A stretch of 1,288 nucleotides of DNA, taken from the NCBI GenBank assembly GCA_000004985.1, contig GG739455.1, one strand, 5' to 3'. The DNA comes from Naegleria gruberi. Its lineage: Eukaryota. Positions 1 through 1,288 of this stretch are shown piece by piece (position 1 is the stretch's first letter; every line of letters starts with the position of its first letter). Position numbers and translations under genes: made by a program. The notes under the pieces are model-generated. The model was given only the letters and a program-made list of their open reading frames with translations. It had not been told where the DNA came from and did not search any database.

Positions 1-1
1 C

Positions 2-67
2 ATATGGCTTTTTAGTGAGATTCGTCAGCAGAATGTTTTTGAAATTATTGAGCTTGAAGAAGAATAA
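2..67 (+). CDS. 3' end of an upstream protein-coding gene (partial, product unknown); C-terminus ...IWLFSEIRQQNVFEIIELEEE*
   Basis: Frame 2 is open from the window edge to TAA at 65-67. Codons are overwhelmingly A/T-ending (ata, ctt, ttt, agt, att, cgt, aat, gtt, gaa x4) and position 1 is G-enriched, as expected for genuine coding sequence in an AT-rich genome. The overlapping frame 3 runs longer (3-122, stop TAA 120-122) but uses many G/C-ending codons (ggc, gtg, ttc, gtc, agc, ttg, aag, aac), which is atypical for this base composition. Only 21 codons are visible, so the frame choice is tentative. Confidence 0.35.
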   Translation: MWLFSEIRQQNVFEIIELEEE

Positions 68-126
68 CAGACAAATTACCAGTGATGGCTACGAGGAAAC
101 CTATTCCAAAGCAAGTGAATAAATTG

Positions 127-140
127 TATATTATAATATA
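127..140. repeat. Perfect 14-bp A/T-only palindrome TATATTATAATATA, containing TATAAT on both strands
   Basis: Direct reading shows 127-140 is self-complementary. TATAAT is on the plus strand at 132-137 and on the minus strand as the complement of 130-135. TG at 125-126 gives a TGTATATT extended -10-like arrangement. It lies immediately downstream of the left-end CDS stop codons. Confidence 0.8.
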
Positions 141-151
141 AAATTAATATT

Positions 152-180
152 TTGAAAAATTCTTATCAATTATTTACAGT
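152..180 (+). promoter_or_regulatory. Candidate sigma70-like promoter: TTGAAA (152-157), 17-bp spacer, TACAGT (175-180), upstream of ORF 211-381
   Basis: The -35-like hexamer matches 5/6 and the -10-like hexamer has the conserved T1, A2 and T6. Spacing is 17 bp and the predicted start is about 187, 24 nt before the ATG. AT-rich DNA yields many such matches by chance. Confidence 0.15.
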
Positions 181-186
181 AAACAT

Positions 187-196
187 TTCCCGCCCA
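187..196. repeat. GC-rich 10-mer TTCCCGCCCA; exact reverse complement of 1111-1120 (GC-box-like, GGGCGG core on minus strand)
   Basis: Exact 10/10 inverted match to TGGGCGGGAA at 1111-1120. A GC-only core of this length is very unlikely to recur by chance in 1.3 kb of about 27% GC DNA. Confidence 0.7.
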
Positions 197-210
197 ACAA
201 CAATTAAAAA

Positions 211-381
211 ATGAAAAAGCAAAGAAAAATTTCATCCATCAAAAAAACACGGGTGGCCGACGCATATCCCTTTTGGCCTGAAATCAGCACTGGGAAAACG
301 TGGGCCAAGTTGACTTCCAGAGAAATACATAGGTACATGATACCATATTTTCACAGTATGAGTTATCACGCTAAAAAATAA
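211..381 (+). CDS. Hypothetical small ORF, 56 aa, basic (MKKQRKISSIKKTRVADAYPFWPEISTGKTWAKLTSREIHRYMIPYFHSMSYHAKK); coding status doubtful
   Basis: ATG at 211 to TAA at 379-381; the frame is open from 148. It is the only ORF over 50 codons in the window and sits in a locally GC-richer segment. Against coding: many rare-type G/C-ending codons (cgg, ggg, agg, ccc, gcc, acg), weak G enrichment at position 1, no Shine-Dalgarno-like sequence upstream, and it contains the GC-rich repeated motifs GGGTGGCC and GGCCTGAA that recur in non-coding context at 980-991. Confidence 0.22.
   Translation: MKKQRKISSIKKTRVADAYPFWPEISTGKTWAKLTSREIHRYMIPYFHSMSYHAKK
251..282 (+). repeat. Split copy of GC-rich motif GGGTGGCC (251-258) ... 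GGCCTGAA (275-282), related to the contiguous copy at 980-991
   Basis: GGGTGGCC and GGCCTGAA are each exact 8-mers shared with 980-991. Here they are separated by 16 nt (GACGCATATCCCTTTT). The copy lies inside the putative small ORF. Confidence 0.6.
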
Positions 382-606
382 TTTTGGAAAACTTTTATTA
401 ATTTTTGTATTGTTTTTGACGAGTTATAAATAAATTCCCATTTTTAGAATTTTTTAAAATTGATTAATATGGTATTATCATAATGAATACAGAAATTCAT
501 CAAATAATATGAATCAATAATATAAATTGTGTATTAATGTACTTAAATTTCAATTTTCATTAATTCATTCCAACAAATAAAAGACTAGTTATAAAATAAT
601 AAGAGG

Positions 607-618
607 TGTCAATTGACA
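607..618. repeat. Perfect 12-bp palindrome TGTCAATTGACA (TTGACA on both strands), preceded by AAGAGG (601-606)
   Basis: Self-complementary by direct reading. TTGACA equals the sigma70 -35 consensus on either strand, but no convincing -10 sits 16-18 bp downstream in either direction. It is more consistent with a dimeric DNA-binding-protein site. Confidence 0.6.
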
Positions 619-653
619 ATCGCATTAATAGATCATACTTTATTTTAAATTGA

Positions 654-669
654 TGATGTTTTAACATCA
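654..669. repeat. Inverted repeat TGATGTT-tt-AACATCA (7-bp arms, 2-bp centre)
   Basis: Arms 654-660 and 663-669 are exact reverse complements. The spacer is too short for a stable RNA hairpin loop, so an operator-like DNA site or cruciform is more plausible. Confidence 0.55.
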
Positions 670-685
670 CCTTATAGACATGGTA

Positions 686-693
686 TGTATAAT
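686..693 (+). promoter_or_regulatory. TGTATAAT: -10 hexamer TATAAT (688-693) with adjacent upstream TG; possible extended -10 promoter element
   Basis: Exact TATAAT with TG immediately 5' (not the canonical TGnTATAAT spacing). No good -35 (TTAACA at 661-666 is 21 bp away). Nothing coding downstream within the window. Confidence 0.12.
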
Positions 694-708
694 ATTTTTT
701 CATTTTAG

Positions 709-733
709 TTGGTTGATATCAGATTATCAACAA
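709..733. repeat. Hairpin-capable inverted repeat GTTGATA (712-718) / TATCAAC (725-731), 6-nt loop TCAGAT; right arm contains DnaA-box-like TTATCAACA (724-732, 8/9 to TTATCCACA)
   Basis: The 7-bp arms are exact reverse complements. Two more A-T pairs (709-710 with 732-733) can form across a one-base bulge (G711). An EcoRV-type GATATC palindrome is at 715-720. Confidence 0.5.
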
Positions 734-979
734 GATAGAGCTCAACAAAACATTTTCTCCAAAATATGTTAGTGTTTTCATAAGTAAATTAAAAAAACTG
801 ACGACAAAAGTTGCTAAATAGTGTTTAGAGAATTTTCACGTATACGAACATGTATAACGTATTGTAATAAAAAACTAGATAGGGAAAAACATTTAATTCT
901 AAGCTAAAATTTGAAAATACTGTTATTGACCAATATTTTTCATGTTCTAAAAATAATCAGCTTGTTTGCACAGTAATTT

Positions 980-991
980 GGGTGGCCTGAA
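980..991 (+). repeat. Contiguous copy of GC-rich motif GGGTGGCCTGAA, direct repeat of 251-258 plus 275-282
   Basis: Exact 8-mer matches to both halves of the left copy. It is followed by AGGAG (991-995) but no start codon. Confidence 0.6.
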
Positions 992-1033
992 GGAGACTCT
1001 AAAAAAAATCGCTGGACTTGTAATAAGGAAACC

Positions 1034-1055
1034 ATTATTGGAGGCCTCCAATAAT
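1034..1055. repeat. Perfect 22-bp palindrome ATTATTGGAGG|CCTCCAATAAT with GC-rich centre
   Basis: All 11 position pairs are complementary (checked base by base). It is the longest perfect palindrome in the window and the GC-richest local segment. No T-tract follows on the plus strand. On the minus strand it is followed by GGTTTCCTTATTA (moderately U-rich), so a weak minus-strand intrinsic terminator is possible. A protein-binding or cruciform site is equally plausible. Confidence 0.85.
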
Positions 1056-1060
1056 CATCC

Positions 1061-1079
1061 CTATATTGTGATGATATAG
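1061..1079. repeat. Small inverted repeat CTATAT (1061-1066) / ATATAG (1074-1079) with 7-nt loop TGTGATG
   Basis: 6-bp exact complementary arms immediately downstream of the 22-bp palindrome. AT-rich, so weak. Confidence 0.35.
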
Positions 1080-1110
1080 TTGAGCTTGCTTAATGTCCTT
1101 AATATCTGTC

Positions 1111-1120
1111 TGGGCGGGAA
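1111..1120. repeat. GC-rich 10-mer TGGGCGGGAA; inverted partner of 187-196; close to the Sp1-type GC-box consensus KGGGCGGRRY (9/10)
   Basis: Exact reverse complement of 187-196. The inverted pair does not extend beyond the 10-mer, and there is no matching flanking direct repeat. Confidence 0.7.
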
Positions 1121-1130
1121 TCAAACTGAT

Positions 1131-1235
1131 TTTCCATTTCTTTCAAATGTGTAAATACGTTTTCAACATTTAGAACGTTTCAAACGTCTTTAACGTGTTT
1201 AATCAGTTTAGTTTAATAAATTCTTTTCAAAAATT
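1131..1235. repeat. Degenerate tandem array of about 9-bp units. Core copies are AACGTTTCA / AACGTCTTT / AACGTGTTT (1174-1200), flanked by AACATTTAG (1165-1173) and AATCAGTTT (1201-1209). TTTCAA(A) motifs recur at 1141, 1161, 1178 and 1226
   Basis: ACGT tetramers sit at 1157, 1175, 1184 and 1193 (spacing 18, 9, 9). T-tracts recur every 9 nt from about 1131 to 1229. A 13-bp palindrome ACGTTTCAAACGT (1175-1187) spans two units. The ACGT cores give AACGTT, AACGTC and AACGTG in successive units. Confidence 0.65.
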
Positions 1236-1288
1236 AAAAATAACCACCAACGAAATAATTGGAATTTTTTCACGGAATCATTCTGAAT
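1208..1288 (-). CDS. Possible 3' end of a minus-strand gene entering from the right edge (...IQNDSVKKFQLFRWWLFLIFEKNLLN*); weak
   Basis: The minus-strand frame is open for 26 codons from the window edge to a TAA whose complement is at 1208-1210. The other two minus frames hit stops within 6 codons. The stretch is short and AT-rich and it overlaps the 9-bp tandem repeat region, so it could be chance. Confidence 0.15.
   Translation of the reverse strand: MQNDSVKKFQLFRWWLFLIFEKNLLN

Noticed and set aside
376-386. Bacteroidetes-type -7 promoter element TAATTTTG (379-386)
   Set aside because: It matches TAnnTTTG exactly, but there is no TTTG -33 element at the expected distance and no gene downstream. 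Single-motif matches are frequent in AT-rich sequence.
700-740. Chromosomal oriC / DnaA-box cluster
   Set aside because: Only one 8/9 DnaA-box-like sequence (TTATCAACA, 724-732) is present. Other candidates have two or more mismatches. A single box is expected by chance in AT-rich DNA.
957-1079. 40-codon open frame 3 on the plus strand (possible TTG start at 966 or 978)
   Set aside because: No ATG until 1071, no SD, and it overlaps the same GC-rich structured segment. It is chance openness in the locally GC-richer DNA.
943-1089. 49-codon open frame on the minus strand crossing the palindrome and GGGTGGCC motif
   Set aside because: The only ATG gives a 31-aa product. There is no ribosome-binding-like sequence. 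The frame runs straight through the 22-bp palindrome and GC motifs, so it is more likely open because of the local GC richness than because it is coding.
187-1120. MITE or small transposable element bounded by the 10-bp inverted repeats
   Set aside because: The inverted match does not extend past 10 bp. There is no flanking target-site duplication (left flank AAACAT, right flank TCAAAC). Internal GC motifs are direct rather than inverted, and there is no transposase ORF.
1108-1130. tRNA-like 3' end on the minus strand (GATTCCCGCCCA resembles a T-loop / T-stem / CCA region)
   Set aside because: No complementary 5' T-stem half (GCGGG) precedes the putative loop. No D-arm or anticodon-arm structure can be built. 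The GC 10-mer is better explained as the inverted partner of 187-196.
118-1220. AATAAA polyadenylation signals (118-123, 429-434, 575-580, 866-871, 1215-1220) and TATAAATA TATA-box (425-432)
   Set aside because: In DNA this AT-rich these hexamers occur at roughly this frequency by chance, so they carry no evidential weight without knowing the organism.
1-1288. CRISPR array, rRNA, or long perfect direct repeats
   Set aside because: No regularly spaced repeats of 20 nt or more. The only tandem periodicity is the 9-bp degenerate array at 1131-1235, far shorter than CRISPR repeats. There are no rRNA-like conserved blocks.

Overview
The window is 1288 bp, strongly AT-rich (roughly 70-75% A+T) and mostly non-coding. 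I found no rRNA, tRNA or CRISPR array, no recognisable transposase or IS end, and no long ORF on either strand. Three things look real. First, a short CDS 3' end at the extreme left: frame 2, stop at 65-67, with A/T-ending codons typical of an AT-rich genome. Second, a scatter of GC-rich motif islands inside the AT-rich background. Three motifs recur. A near-consensus GC-box-like 10-mer occurs once on each strand (187-196 and 1111-1120) and brackets about 930 bp. GGGTGGCC(TGAA) occurs twice in direct orientation (251-282 and 980-991). GGAGGCCTCC sits at the centre of a perfect 22-bp palindrome (1034-1055). Third, a degenerate tandem array of 9-bp ACGT-core repeats with phased T-tracts near the right end (about 1131-1235). 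A 56-codon ORF (211-381) exists, but its codon usage and embedded GC motifs make coding status doubtful. A 26-codon open frame on the minus strand runs in from the right edge to a stop at 1208-1210. I cannot identify the source organism from sequence alone; a low-GC bacterium, an organelle or an AT-rich eukaryote are all possible. Functionally the window reads as a long intergenic or regulatory spacer. It could also be an origin-like or structured non-coding region. No defence or other multi-gene system can be supported in 1.3 kb with this little coding capacity.
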